A DNA stretch of 62,955 nucleotides, the filler included, from Syncephalis fuscata S228 (taxonomy: Eukaryota > Fungi > Zoopagomycota), in assembly GCA_025786725.1 (NCBI GenBank). It is 4 parts of 4 records of this genome, joined end to end, with 100 filler letters (N's around TTAATTAATTAA, not from the genome) between each part and the next. Parts side by side here need not be neighbours in the genome. Positions count along the whole stretch, not along the records: positions 1 to 16,863 come from JAHLTZ010000197.1; positions 16,964 to 36,721 come from JAHLTZ010000172.1; 2 more parts are not named here. The stretch is one strand, 5' to 3'. Of the stretch, positions 12,153 through 26,400 are shown one piece after another. The notes beneath the pieces were generated by a model. The model had not been told where the DNA came from and ran no database searches. It saw only the letters and a program-made list of their open reading frames with translations. Made by a program: the position numbers and the translations under genes. Within the stretch, counting starts at the first letter, position 1, and each line of letters starts with the position of its first letter.

Positions 12153-13943
12153 ATGGATTACGGACGACGACAGTCATTACAGCCCATGAAGGCTTCTTAT
12201 ATATTTCCAACGTTAAAAACCCAAGAAATTCTTACATGTCTTCATGAATTGCAAATACCTTTCTCAGAAGACGACCTACAACGACCTTCACATATGCGTA
12301 TGATGTCTGTATACGAAAGTATTTGTTATGTCTTTATGGGTGTATCGCGTGAAGATATTGTGTCTATTGACAAATTTACATCGAATATGTCATATCCCGA
12401 TCTATACCAGAATGCACTTGTATCCATGTCATTTTATCGGTATTTGTAAGTTGTTACTTAATTATCGTTATATTTACTTATTAATATTTTATTTAGATCG
12501 CGGTTTATGCAAGCGATAGGTATTGATGATTTTGGCTTTAAAGATCTGGCTAAACCGGAACCAGGACGTGTTCGTCGTATTATGAGTGCTGTAATCAATT
12601 TTGCCAAGTTTCGTGAAGAAAGAATGGATGTATTAGACCAATTTACTATTAAATCAGTAAGCAACACACTATGTTATTTCTAGCACTAATATTATTGGTA
12701 GGAAGAGCTACTGGATCAACATGCATTATTGCAACAACAGAATGAGCAGCTAAAAGAACATTTAAAAAGTATAAAGTAAGAATAAGCAGGTATATAAATT
12801 TAATACAGCTTACATTAATGAATAGAATACAACAAGAACGTGAATTAGCACAAGTCCAAAAGCTGGAAGAAGAGAAATCAGGCATTCAATCTGAACTTCG
12901 TGAAATGAACAAACAACAAACACGGCTTAATGCAGAGATTGAAGAACAAAAACAAGAGAAAGGACAACTTTCTGATAAAATGGTAAATCATAAATATTTC
13001 AATTTACAACACTTATATTATTGAGTATAGACAAGTGCCCAATTTGAATTAATTGAGGTCAAACAAGAGATTGGTCGATTACAAGCCCGTATTGTTCCTA
13101 GTCCGGAGAAATTACAGGAGGTAAATGGAATAGATAGCATTGATTAAATAGAGACTAATGATCGTTTTAGTTGATTGATAAATTGAATGCAGACTTGGTT
13201 AATACGCGTCAAAAGATTAGTGTTGAGGAATTAAAAGCCCATGAGTTTCAAAGTAGAATTAGTAATATTCAATATTTAGCTCAGGTAACTATTGATATGG
13301 CCAATCATTGAATAATACAACTAAGACTGGTATAGGATGTTGAAGCGTGTAAACAATTGATGCAAGATTGTTTAGAAGAGACAGAGAATTGTCAGAATAT
13401 TACACGAGAAATTACTATTCTTTGTGAGAAAGTGGAAAAAAAAGAGCTTGAAATTCACGATTTAACCTATAAACTTGAGGTAAATAGATATATTAACAAT
13501 AAACTGTATACATATGTGTGTATTAATGTTCATTATAGTCTCAAGAACGTCAAATTACAAAGGCCAAAGATATGCTAGAGAAATTGCATGTACAGCACCA
13601 ACAACAGCAAGAGATAATTGCCCATAAAATGGATCGACTTCATGAAGATTATGGTGAATTGCAACGAGAAAGTACTGTTTATGCGCAAAAGATTATTGAA
13701 TATCAAGAATTAATAACCGAGAAAGAGGCACAAGTAAGTATTGGCCATAATTACTTTATTGTAGCAACTATGTTGATCATTTACGTATTTAAATAATCAC
13801 TATTCTAGATGGCTGAACTACATAAAGATGTCGAACAAGAGATATCAAGCATTCAAATGAGCTATATGCGACTTCGACAACAAGTAGAAGTGTATCTAGT
13901 CAAAGTACAACGTCATTTAGTAATACCAAAGGAACATGAATAA
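12153..13943 (+). CDS. NUF2: Kinetochore protein Nuf2, multi-exon
   Basis: FPTLKTQEILTCL...FSEDDLQRP and DFGFKDLAKPEPGRVRRIMSAVINFAKFREE, followed by coiled-coil exons. Confidence 0.92.
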
Positions 13944-14206
13944 TGATAATATGATGATGATTACCACTATTATTATTAAGATTCTATTGATTTATAATAC
14001 ATTGTTATTTAGTAAAATATAAATTGTTAAATGACTTATTTATACAAATGTTTTTTATTATATCAAACAAAATATACCGATATTACATTTCAAATGATTT
14101 ATAACAACGCTACTTATTATTATCATTATTGTTATTAGTATTGCTATTATTAAACTAATGGATATGGATAGGTAAAAAGTGTTGTAATACTTGTAATAAT
14201 AGTAAA

Positions 14207-16863
14207 TCAAGTTTCCGTATCGCTATGTTGTCGTTTACGTGATCTATTTGATTTAGATGCACCATGGATATTCCGAGAAGAAAAGCGCTTTTTACGTCCA
14301 GCAAGTAATGCTTCACATTCTTGCCAGGCATAATAAAGAATTGCATTTAATTGGAGGATATCCTGTTTACGTCGATGATCTTCACCAAGTCGACGGAATT
14401 CATGGGTGAGTTGTGCACATCGACTTACATTCTCTGGTGATACAAAATCCATGGCCACTTTAATACAAGAAGCGTAATTACATACTTGATGTGCACAGCC
14501 AGCTGGCACAAATACTGCATCACCGGGATTTTGAAATATACGCCAGCCTTTAACGCCGTATTCCTGATACAGACGTTGGCGTAAGCCACGATCAAGATAG
14601 AATGTTTGGTCGTGTACTGGATCATCAACTGATATATTGCGTTCACGGGCAATATGAGTTAAAAAGTCACGTATTTTTGGTAGATCAGCCAGTGGAAATA
14701 TATCCCATACGGCAGCAGCGGCAATGCCTGGTGGCCGTTCTGTAAACGCTAAACTATCATGACAAATAGGATATCTGGCACGGTTTTCTTCCGGTGATGG
14801 TCGATGATGCTGTCCATTGGATGATGATGCTGTTGGTGGTGGTGGTGCAGTATGTTGGTTAGTTGAGTTCATTTTCTTTTGAATAAGCTGTTCTTGCTGC
14901 TCGATCGGTAGGTTATCAAGATAGGATGCATAAAGCATAATATTAACAGCATCAGCCATGTCAAGATGTAGATTTGTGGTACCGGCACCACCTTCGCCAT
15001 CATTTGATCCATAAGCATTATACATCTTTGGCCCTAGATCGGGCCAGATATAATGATTTGATAAACGATTGACTAGATTTAGATCGCCTTGTAGATGTGT
15101 ATATGGCTTAAATGGTAAAACACGCATAAATCGTGATAATGGTCAGGGAATTTGTTGCGGAAATCGTCGTTTGACGGCCAATCCTACAATAAATACACTT
15201 TATTAATGTTACTTGTTATATAATTATGCAATACGTACCTTTAATTTAAGAATCATACAACGACTATTCTCGTCACTAGGCCGTACTGTAATATCGGAGA
15301 AGCCTTGAAAGAATTGACCAACCGTCATGTCGACAAGTGCATCACCTGTACGACAATCGATCATTTCTGTAACTTCATGACCGTGATATTCAATAAACCA
15401 ACTCGGTGTCCATAATGAACATGTAAATTGCGATAATAGATTTGGTACAAAACATGCTTCACCTCGCGCCCAACAGGCTTGGAACTGATCAAGTTGATCA
15501 TTTAATGGAGTAACATTCAATATCTGATAGCGTCGAAAGTGGGCAACCGAGTCAAATGCCGCATCGTCCGTGGGCAGTGGTGGCTTAGGTAGTTGCGGGA
15601 ATTGCCAGGCCATAATTGTTTCCTTCATCCAGCGAAGTTCGGCTAGGCCATAATTACGCATTCTTACCATATGCTGATGGCCATGACGTCTGCTATAAGT
15701 GCACCGTTTGATACGGCCAGCATCTGGACTTGCATCCCATTCATCGTAGCAATCCATACAAATCTCAAGACCACAAACACCACACATCCAGAATCCACTT
15801 AGAATGTTGGTCAAGCAAGCATCGCATAGTTGGCGCTGTAAGCCTAGTGGTTCACGTCGGTAGCATGGTTCATGTTCGGCAAACGATAGTTCACGATCGA
15901 CAATATGTCTTACAGCAGAAATAATTCGATGCAGTATGAATCGTTCTGGTGAACCAAAATGATAATGAATTTGCGGATCTGTTTCTTCAACAGCGGTACT
16001 AGTGGTAGTAACAACACTAATAATTGATTTTAATAGATCTTGTCTTGTCCAATCAATAATACGCCCTTCAGACGACTCTTCAACCGCCGATTGAAAGAAT
16101 GGACCATAAATAAGATCGTCGCTTGTAATATCACTTCGTTTTTTGCCTACTGCGTCAAGTTTTAGACCAAATACACGTGTACGAGCAAATCTACATGAGC
16201 CAGCATTTCTAGATACGCACGCTACGCATCGTTCAAATCGACTAACTACTGGGCGCTGGCATTGTGAAGTTTGCCAAAATACTGGACCAATGACATGTAC
16301 GCATTTTCACCTTTGATAGATCGTCATGCACCCAAGTACGTTCTGGTGCTGGTTTTGTTACACGAGACTGGCGCGATGTTCGACGTGCTTTGCCATAATT
16401 ACCGTCATGTGCTTCATCATCGTCTGCGCCGTCGTTATCCTCATCATCGCTCCTTTTAACCATTGTTTAATCAACATAGGAATCTAATTTTGGTGGCAGC
16501 TCGTTGAGGACGACGATAGGGCCGAGTTTCATTAGGTACGATGGATCTTGTTTAACAAGTGCTTTCGAGCAAGACGAAGGCGCAAGTACGCATCGACTAC
16601 TGCCTCGGAAAGGCCCGTCATATTTGCACAAAACTTTAGCTCTTCTGGAGTAGCAGGTCGTGCATGAGCCTCAAGTTTTTGATCCAAAATATACGCCGAT
16701 TCTGGTGGAATCATAGCTAACAAGAATGACTCGTTTGTACCTTTATATTATACTTTTAATTAATAAACAATAACTAAGGAGTATATATAGATTTACCTGA
16801 TATGTTACCATTGCTATTTACTGTCGACCTCTGGTCACTTTCTTCGCTATCGCTATCGCTATA
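14207..16863 (-). CDS. KDM3/JMJD1-type JmjC histone demethylase (5' end cut by gap)
   Basis: Cys-rich CGVCGLEICMDC, LKLK^DWP, PDLGPKMYNAY, GTTNLHLDMADAVN, DPVHDQTFYL, QNPGDAVFVPAGCAHQVCN, IKVAMDFVSPE. Confidence 0.9.
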
Positions 16864-16963
16864 NNNNNNNNNNNNNNNNNNNNNNNNNNNNNNNNNNNNN
16901 NNNNNNNTTAATTAATTAANNNNNNNNNNNNNNNNNNNNNNNNNNNNNNNNNNNNNNNNNNNN
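16864..16963. other. Assembly gap/linker
   Basis: N-run with central TTAATTAATTAA. Confidence 0.98.
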
Positions 16964-18349
16964 CTTAACTATACTGCTTATTAATACAGTAGCTAATATG
17001 CAGCTTGCTGGCGTGTATGACATTGATCGCCGCTGATGTCAGTGAATATTACCACCAACATTGCAACTATAACGAGCGTGGTTGTCGTACTTATACTCGT
17101 GATAGACATTGCCATGCTGTTGCCTTCTTGTATCGTTGAATGTGTGTATATGGAGGTCAACTATTTGACATGATGCTTATATCGTAGTGCTGATTCCATT
17201 GTAATGCCATGCCTAACCTGATTATAGGTAGTAGCAATACAGCTACTTTTTTATAAACGCTTTAACATTTAGCATCCTTTAACTAAATAATATGCTATAA
17301 ATCAACATTAGTATAGTGTCTAGTAGCTTTGTTATGCCATTCAATATTTGAATTGTACTATACTGCTAGTATACTAAAATAGTTACATTCTATAAAGCTA
17401 CACCCACACTGGTCATTTTAATAATAGCAATAGTGGTTCGTTTGATTGGTTTGATTGTGTTAAGCCTAGTATAATAATATTAAACAATTTGCTAATGATC
17501 TAGTATGATTTGAAAGATAAATGGCTAAATTTAACAACATCCAATCTATTGGGCATGAAACTGTGTGGTGGATGGCATTAGCCATTAAAATACTCGTCAT
17601 TATAGATTTAGTATTTAGTATGCATATGCCTTCTATCCACCCATATCATTACTATTCTGTATTTATTAAGTCATATATCGATCGGTCATATAATAAGCAC
17701 AACCCATTTACAGCAGGTATTTTATTGCCGCTAGCTTTATTGCTATAGGTTCAATTTATTGTACTTACCTAATCGTCTATGTATATCTTCACTATTATTT
17801 TATCCATTGATTCTATTCTAAACTATACTCATCATGTCTTATTGATAAAACTCGTTTATTTGTTACTCGCCGTATTGTTTGTATATTTTACTTGATTGCT
17901 TGTGCAATACGCATACTATACCTTTATTGCCATTATTTTACACTTTATTTGACCATTCATTTGAATCTATATTATTCCATATTATAACACGGCAAGGAAG
18001 AAGCTTGTGATCTTGTTAAAAGCTAGTATTATTTGAAAACAAAACACAGTGCATGAATGCAAACAGCAACACTAACACTGCATACCTAAATATCTATGTA
18101 AAAATAACAGTTGATTAAATGGTAAGTAGTTTGAAGTAAAAATAAGCAAGTATTTATTACATAGCAGCGCCAGTTGTCTTACCATAGTAAACAGCCGATT
18201 ATAAAAGCGTACATGGCTATTTGTGCTACACCGTCTTTGTCCGCACAATAATACATATTTAATAAAACATAACAATGCTTACCTGTAGCTTCAAAGAAAC
18301 GGCAAATGCTTTAAATGTAGACTGATAGTCGATAGTCAGAGACTGTCAA

Positions 18350-19789
18350 GGCAGAATGGCGGAATGGCAGAATGGTAGTGGCAGGACGGTGGACTGGCAA
18401 AACGGTGAGATGGTGGAATACCGCTGTTCTGCCATCACCAGTCCACCGTTCTGCCACCACCATTTCACCGTTCTGCCACCACCATTTCACCGTTCTGCCA
18501 CCACCATTTCACCGTTCTGCCACCACCATTTCACCGTTCTGCCACCACCAGTCCACCGTTCTGCCACCACCATTTCACCGTTCTGCCACCACCATTTAGC
18601 GTTCTGCCACCATCAGTCCACCGTTCTGCCACCACCATTTCACCGTTCTGCCACCACCAGTCCACCGTTCTGCCACCACCAGTCCACCGTTCTGCCACCA
18701 CCAGTCCACCGTTCTGCCACCACCAGTCCACCGTTCTGCCACCATCAGTCCACCGTTCTGCCACCACCAGTCCACCGTTCTGCCACCACCAGTCCACCGT
18801 TCTGCCACCACCAGTCCACCGTTCTGCCACCACCATTTTAGCGTTCTGCCACCACCATTTTAGCGTTCTGCCACCATCAGTCCACCGTTCTGCCACCACC
18901 ATTTCACCGTTCTGCCACCACCAGTCCACCGTTCTGCCACCACCAGTCCACCGTTCTGCCACCACCAGTCCACCGTTCTGCCACCATCAGTCCACCGTTC
19001 TGCCACCACCAGTCCACCGTTCTGCCACCACCAGTCCACCGTTCTGCCACCATCAGTCCACCGTTCTGCCACCACCATTTCACCGTTCTGCCACCACCAT
19101 TTCACCGTTCTGCCACCACCATTTCACCGTTCTGCCACCACCAGTCCACCGTTCTGCCACCACCAGTCCACCGTTCTGCCACCACCATTTTAGCGTTCTG
19201 TCACCATCAGTCACCGTTCTGCCACCACCATTTCACCGTTCTGCCACCACCATTTTAGCGTTCTGCCACCACCAGTCCACCGTTCTGCCACCACCAGTCC
19301 ACCGTTCTGCCACCACCATCCACCGTTCTGCCACCACCAGTCCACCGTTCTGCCACCACCAGTCCACCGTTCTGCCACCATCAGTCCACCGTTCTGCCAC
19401 CACCATTTTAGCGTTCTGCCACCACCATTTCACCGTTCTGCCACCACCATTTCACCGTTCTGCCACCACCATTTCACCGTTCTGCCACCACCAGTCCACC
19501 GTTCTGCCACCACCATTTTAGCGTTCTGCCACCACCATTTCACCGTTCTGCCATCACCATTTCACCGTTCTACCACCACCATTTCACCGTTCTGCCACCA
19601 CCATTTCACCGTTCTGCCACCACCATTTTAGCGTTCTGCCACCACCAGTCCACCGTTCTGCCACCATCAGTCCACCGTTCTGCCACCACCAGTCCACCGT
19701 TCTGCCATCACCATTTCACCGTTCTGCCATCACCAGTCCACCGTTCTGCCACCACCATTTCACCATTTTGCCACCACCATTTTACCGTT
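18350..19789. repeat. 22-bp tandem satellite (~62 units, CCGTTCTGCCACCACCA+GTCCA/TTTCA/TTTTA) preceded by a short inverted degenerate block
   Basis: Read directly; 18350-18417 carries reverse-complement units (GGTAGTGGCAGGACGGTGGACTGG). Confidence 0.95.
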
Positions 19790-20135
19790 GAACAATTGAA
19801 CGGTTGAACCGTCGGACTCACTTCCACCACTTTTGACTCCACTCTCTTTTCATTCCTTTTAGTGAACATAAAATTAAAGTACCTGACATCTGGGTCCAAA
19901 ATACCATCATCATAGATTTATTATCCAGTATGCATATATTTTTAATCCAACAATATCATTAAGATGTATCTTTACATCCTACTCTTAGTCAATGACAGGT
20001 TGAACACTTATATTTATTATGCATTTCAATCAGCTTCACTCAGTCCGCTCAGTGCGTTATAGCTTTATTATAGTTATTTTTATTATTAATAACTGTTTAT
20101 TACAATTATTAACCATTTAATGTGATTTGTGTCAA

Positions 20136-20380
20136 ATGGCTACTTTTGATATTCGCGCAACTGGCCTGCACATTTGTTCTATTGAACATGGGGACGGGTG
20201 GTGAGTTTTATTAACGATCAAATCATCACATTTGGTGTGATTTGGTGGTTAAATGGCTATTTTGATTATTTACGCGTTTGAACTAAACATTCAACCTATT
20301 GAACATGGAGCTGGGTGGTGAGCGACATCAAAGTTTAAAACACTTGTCATTATAGATTTATTATCCAGTATGCATATATC
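20136..20380 (+). repeat. Two tandem copies of a dispersed repeat with core CTATTGAACATGG-N3/4-GGGTGGTGAG
   Basis: Cores at 20179 and 20296; related copies at 25801 (+), 26166-26205 (-) and 55241-55270 (-). Confidence 0.7.
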
Positions 20381-23300
20381 TCTATCTACCTACACCACTC
20401 CCTTTTATTCCGCACTTCTATGTATCATTCTACGACATACTGGACACATTCTGTTCATTAAGCACACCAGCACACTCTACTCATTCCCTCCTTGCGTTAT
20501 ATGCGCTATAGTTTGACATCGTTTATATGTCATTTTACACTCGCCCATCTATACTCAATCCAAAACTGGTTTTATTTTTGTTCTAGCGTTATTATTAACA
20601 ACTGTCGACTAATGTCGCTCATTGATCATGCATATATGCTCAGTAGCTATACCACTGCTGTCCATACTTTTTACTTTGTATATTCGTTTTATTATCCAGT
20701 AAATACGCGCTAGCTATTACCGTTGTCTGTTTGGTTCTAGCACCATTATTAGAAAAGTTCACGCAAGTTGCTTATCTACTCATGCATATATGCTCGATAG
20801 CTTTAACAAAGCTAGTTGTCTTTTAACTAGCATAGCTGATAGCTGTTATGCTATTTTACCGTACAGTTACTATGCGCCATCAATAACTACTGCCAGCTTG
20901 ACGCCAGCTTTAATATTGACAAGTTTGACTCGTTCCGCTTAGTCATTCCTTCTCAAGGCGCACTATAGCTTAATGCTGCTACTCACACAATTACTTTTGG
21001 TATTTTATTTGCTCCATATTATTGTATGCTTAATGGCTATGCTTTATTTGCAGAAGCTATACGTTCCTTGTTAGCTGTTTGTTGCAAAATTTAGCCCTGA
21101 GCACTTCTTTTACTCTTTGCACACAAACGCGCAAGTAGAATAGCCTTCTTACACTGCTAGTGCTCTTTTTGCTGTTTTCCAGTGCTGATATGTTGCAATG
21201 GTATCGAACGGGCCAGCGATGAACTGGTATAAGCTATTATACCAAATAAAGCTTGTTATTACAAAACAGATATTCGCTATGGGTGTTATGTATACGTGCT
21301 TTAAAAGTGTCGTATAGCTTATTGCAGGGTAATCATGTATTGCGCTATAGCTACTTGAGCATAAGGACAAAGTGTACATATATTTACCATGTGGCCGTAG
21401 ACAGTGCTGGCTACTCTATTCGACACAGTTAAAAGCAATAATAAACTTGGCCAAAAACAATTTGCTTTAAAGATTTTATTAGATGGATTGCATTAGTATT
21501 CAACATATAAGCCATTGGTATTTACTGTAGCTACAAGCTTGAAACTGGTCCCATTTAGCTGCTTTGCGTGCCGCCTAAATGATCGGCATTGTTTGAAATA
21601 AAGCCATAACTGATATTGCCAAATAGACAGATTTACTTGCTATGCTACATGTAAAGTTTAGCATAGATCATTTTTACGCTTAGTCGGTTAAGCCGTGTAA
21701 TCTAGATTTAATCCATCAGCCTATCGCGTTGTAAAGAGCTTGCCAATATTAATGTTCAGACAATATAATGACAGCAATAAAGACTCTTTTGCAATAAGTG
21801 TACAAGAAAACACACGGTTTACTACATATTACACTAATAGTTACATGTACTGAAGATTCTACTGGAATGGTTGTAGCTGCTTATACGGAAGACTAAAAGC
21901 AATTACGTAGTACATTGGTCATAGACGGTTTTAGACGACTCATGTTTTATTACGACATTTTCTGCAACTATCACAATACATAAGCTGGCTTTACTGCTCC
22001 TCCGAACCAACATTGTATCTTTATCTTCTCTTTCTACTCTTTACCACTCAATATACGCTACACTCATTCGTTCTTACTGTCCTTTGTTGTTCAATATGCT
22101 TTACACTCGCTAGACGTCTAATGATTACAAGATCACTGCTGGTTGCTGCTATACATACTAAGATAAGTAGCTGTCATGTGTGGTGTAATGCAATTGGCCT
22201 TTTACTATGTGAGCATTTGTAGATATATAGCCAACTAGACGCTATATGATTTTGTGGCCTGTATTTCAGTGTGCTGCAAACGGTGCTAGATTGCACATAG
22301 TTGACTGACCTTTTTTAGTAGTAAATATGAAGTTTGCTATGAGCTTGTTCGTTTGGTTGCATTGATAAGTATTTGGGTGTAAGTGCAGTATCAGATTTCT
22401 ACTTGCCTGTTTTTGAATTGAACTGGGTATGGCGATAGAATCGGGTGTTGTTTTTTACAGCGTTTGTTAGTGGGACTCCGCATGAAATTGCATAGGATTT
22501 ATACAATACAACGTATACAAACTGCCTCCATGATTGTGCGCGAGAAAGCTAGCCAAAACGCAGTTGTTGGTATGGTTTTATGAACGTGATAGATGCTGGG
22601 GTCTTGATCGGGGGGGAATTCCCCCTGCTCCGTGTTATTACGGATCATAGCTATTAAAGATGGCTGTTCCAGTGCTCTATCACTGTAACTACGCGGGCAA
22701 GCAGCATTGCACAGTCAAATCGCATGGCGGTATACTTATTTCTTTTTAAACCGATATAGATTCAAGAATGCTGCTGTTCAACAAGAATATGGCCGTAGTC
22801 TACTATTTATCTACTTGGTTTGTATTATTCTATTTATATTTGTATTAAATAAAAATAAACTTTTTGTACATATCAAAATGTTATAATAGTTAATGTAATT
22901 ACAGTTGGACTATTTATTTGACAATCATTTCAGTGATTTATTTAGTTAATTGCTTTTTTTATGTTATTACTACGTTAATATTAAACAATTTATTAACAGT
23001 TTAAAGTAATTTAGAGGGTCAAATGACTATATTTAATCACATTCCCGCAACTGAATTAGTCATTTGTTTTGTTAGACACACAATTGGATGGCGATTAAGA
23101 TTAGTCATAAAACCATCATTATCAAGCACACGTATATCCACCATCTATCCATATCACCATCAGTGCATATTCTTTATAATCTGTGTCGTTTTTATGCTTA
23201 TTCATGCTTATTCTATTTAGAATTGTTATTTGTTTTACACTGAGTTTATTCTTTATAAACTTCGACATATTTCACAGTGTAAACTCATCAAGTTAAATAT

Positions 23301-23681
23301 GAAACTGGTTTCACTTAGAAAAATTCGTCATTATGCCAATAACATTTACATTCCTTGACGTTGCGGCGACTTTACCATTAATTACAACGCCGATCAATTA
23401 ACTAGTTCGTGACAAGCGGTATTTGATAATACTTACAAGCTTGTCTAGCCTTTTTTGGTACTTAGCCCCGTTTTTATGTAGCTTCGATGCATACTTTAAT
23501 TATAAATAATACCAACATACATTGCATTCCAATAGTCATACACAATCGTGTAACCGTTTTACTATGAATAGAATAAACTAAGCCACAATTGTGCAAAGCC
23601 CTTTTTCTTTTTACATTATTGTTTATTACTGCTCATTTTTTTGTCACGTTGCAATTCTAGCGCAGTTATTTTTGATCAGTC

Positions 23682-25734
23682 ATGCCTTTGAACACACAGA
23701 ATGAACGTTTGTGGAATAACTACGATGTTTTGATGCATCTGTTTTGCTATCTTGAATACAAGGATGTAGTACGCTTGGTCATTACCTGTCGAATTATTTA
23801 TCGACAAATTGTTGATTGGCCTGGCTATTGGAAACGACAATATAGGCTAAAGTTTTGCCTAAGCGATCGACGTGAACAGGAGTGGCTTGCCTGGTACAGC
23901 TGGTATATTCATACTATAGTAAAAGCCAAGAATACTACGACCGACGTAAATAAACAAAAACGAAAACGAAAACGCTCATCATCATCTATTACTGCACCTG
24001 TTAATAACAATGATGATAAACATGTATCGCCTTTCAACGATTTGTCATTTATTCCTGATTTTACTGCCAGTCAGTGGTTTTATGTTTATTATCGTCGTCT
24101 ACAAAATGACCGTAATGTTATGGAAGGACAATTTACCACACGGATGTGCCAATTGCCGTTTGATAGCCACATTCAACTAGAGCTTGCTAATGTAAACTAT
24201 TGGAACGCATTGGCATGTAACAAGGACGCAATGACACTATGGTTAATTAAGCATGATGTTTTACAAAAGGACAACGAAGATAACAGTATAACAATGACTT
24301 GCAATGAACTATCTATTCCTTTACCACCATCTTTATTTGATGGCAAAATTCAAATCCATTTTGTTTATGGAACACATCGGTTTGCCATGGCTGATGTTAC
24401 TATAAGCACATATGATGATGTAAAATATATAAATGTTGGCGACAAAATAGGTAAATAGTAATTATTAATGCTGGCAATTATATATTGACTAATTAATGTT
24501 ATCAATAATAGTGAATATCGACGATTTTGAAGCGCAGCACATTAACGAAACTGGATCTAAAGTTTTTGCTGCTTCTAATGAACAATCTACTAGCTCATCG
24601 GTTAATGTGCTTTTAAAGAGACGAGAATGTTCATGGAGAACAGCAACTATAGTATGGCCTATTGCCGATAGTTCACCACCTAGAATCATCAACCTTCGAT
24701 GCAAACATAAAAACAACCAAAAAGAACCAAAATTGCCTGATATCTACAACGACTGGATGCTAGTACATGCCAACTATACAAAAAGTTCATGTCAAACGTT
24801 TAATTTGTTTGATTTGGATGGCAATAAATGGATAAAAGGACCAGTATTACCTAGTTATAACTCAGGTGCTTGTATTCAATTTGCGTCCCGTAGTCAATGT
24901 CAATTTTTGATGTGGACACCAGTAAACGACTCTGTAAAAAGTGACATTGATCTTACGCCCACTACCATTGAAGAGTCAGGAGCCGTTGATAATAAAAATC
25001 AATCAACGTATATTCAGTGGGAGTTACATGGCACTCAAGAAGGCCAAACTCAGTGCAAGAAAACGCTATCTGGTCAATTTACTGTTTTAAAATTTCCAGG
25101 CTGCAACATTAAAGCACAAATGTATACAACCAACCTTTGTCTAGTCGTTGTATATCATACATTTAATTTTTTTTCTCAAAATCTACTATTAATGTTTGCA
25201 CTTGGATCATTTGGTGAAAATGATTCGACACAAACATTATTCGACACGATAGATTATAGCCAATCGATGCCAATCAGTAGTTCCGCCCAAGGACGTATTC
25301 TATGGAGCCGGCCCATAAATGATGATGTAATTACGGGTTTATACAGCAAGAAGTTGGTTACTGTTCAAATTTTTAATGAAATCGAAGTGCTCAATGCTCA
25401 AGATGGAACTCTATTGCGCTCAATTACTTGCCCATCCCACGTAAATTTTACACCATTCCTTGGGTCATTATGCGCGATGGTTGATAAACAAAATGGACCA
25501 AGTTGGTTTGTTGACATGCATACTGGTTGTACTTACAAGGGACCAGCATGTCTTATTAGAAGAAAGAAGGAGGACGCCAAAGAAAATAGACTTTCACGCT
25601 CCATTAATGCAGTGCCAGCACCATGTTCATTTTCTGGTATACAGGTTGGGAGTCTTGAGTGCCATACTTCAAGTTCCATTATTGGCCGAATCAACGTAGA
25701 TTCCGAAGTTTCGTACGAAGTACATAGTCTATAA
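23682..25734 (+). CDS. N-terminal F-box protein, one intron (24451-24511)
   Basis: LWNNYDVLMHLFCYLEYKDVVRLVITCRIIY...YWKRQY is F-box-like; a GT-AG intron joins the two ORFs in frame. Confidence 0.8.
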
Positions 25735-25800
25735 ATAAAATTTATTTTTATTTTTATAAACAATTCATTAATAAGTTATTAAACATTTAATAACATCCAA

Positions 25801-26205
25801 TCTATTGAACATGATGATGGGTGGAGTGACATTAATCGTCAAACACTCATCATTGTAGATTTATTATTAGTATGCATATATCCACCATTTACTTATATCG
25901 CTCCCATTCTGTATCATTTCTTGCTCGCATAGTCTTGCTCTATTCAAAACTATTTTTATTTTGTTTTAGCTTTATTATTAATAAATTTCAACTCATTCAA
26001 TTCATTCATTTAGCAAGCTATATGTAATTAAAACATATAACAATAGAATGTATCCAGTATAGTATAGAATAATACATAGCATTATAGATGTATATTGTTA
26101 ACGATACAAGAAAATAGAATATATATATGCATACTAAATAATAAATCTGTAATGATGAGTATTGATAATTAATGTCATTTATCACCCAGTTCCATGTTCA
26201 ATAGA
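25801..26205. repeat. Inverted pair of the dispersed CTATTGAACATG repeat (MITE-like geometry)
   Basis: About 38-bp imperfect inverted repeats TCTATTGAACATG...GGGTG...TGACATTAAT around an AT-rich core. Confidence 0.55.
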
Positions 26206-26400
26206 ACAATTGTTTAATTTGATTGCGCAAATATTATAAATCTTTATAAAAGGTATTGTTTTATTCTCAAATCAAACTACAAAATACTCATCACTTTAGC
26301 AAAAATGTAAGTTGATGTATTATGGATATCGTGAATATTGGTCCACTACATTCTCTTAGTATTATCAAGCTATATACTTGATACCAATACAAATTTGCTA

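Noticed and set aside
18356-19899. Repetitive ORFs (SATTSPPFCHHQ.../MVAERWTGGG...) and a possible CRISPR array
   Set aside because: They are translations of a 22-bp satellite cycling through all frames; there are no unique spacers and indels break the frames.
20700-22800. Possible decayed transposon or zinc-finger coding remnants and a GGGGGAATTCCCCC palindrome at ~22612
   Set aside because: No recognisable domain motifs could be reconstructed by eye; the palindrome is short and isolated.
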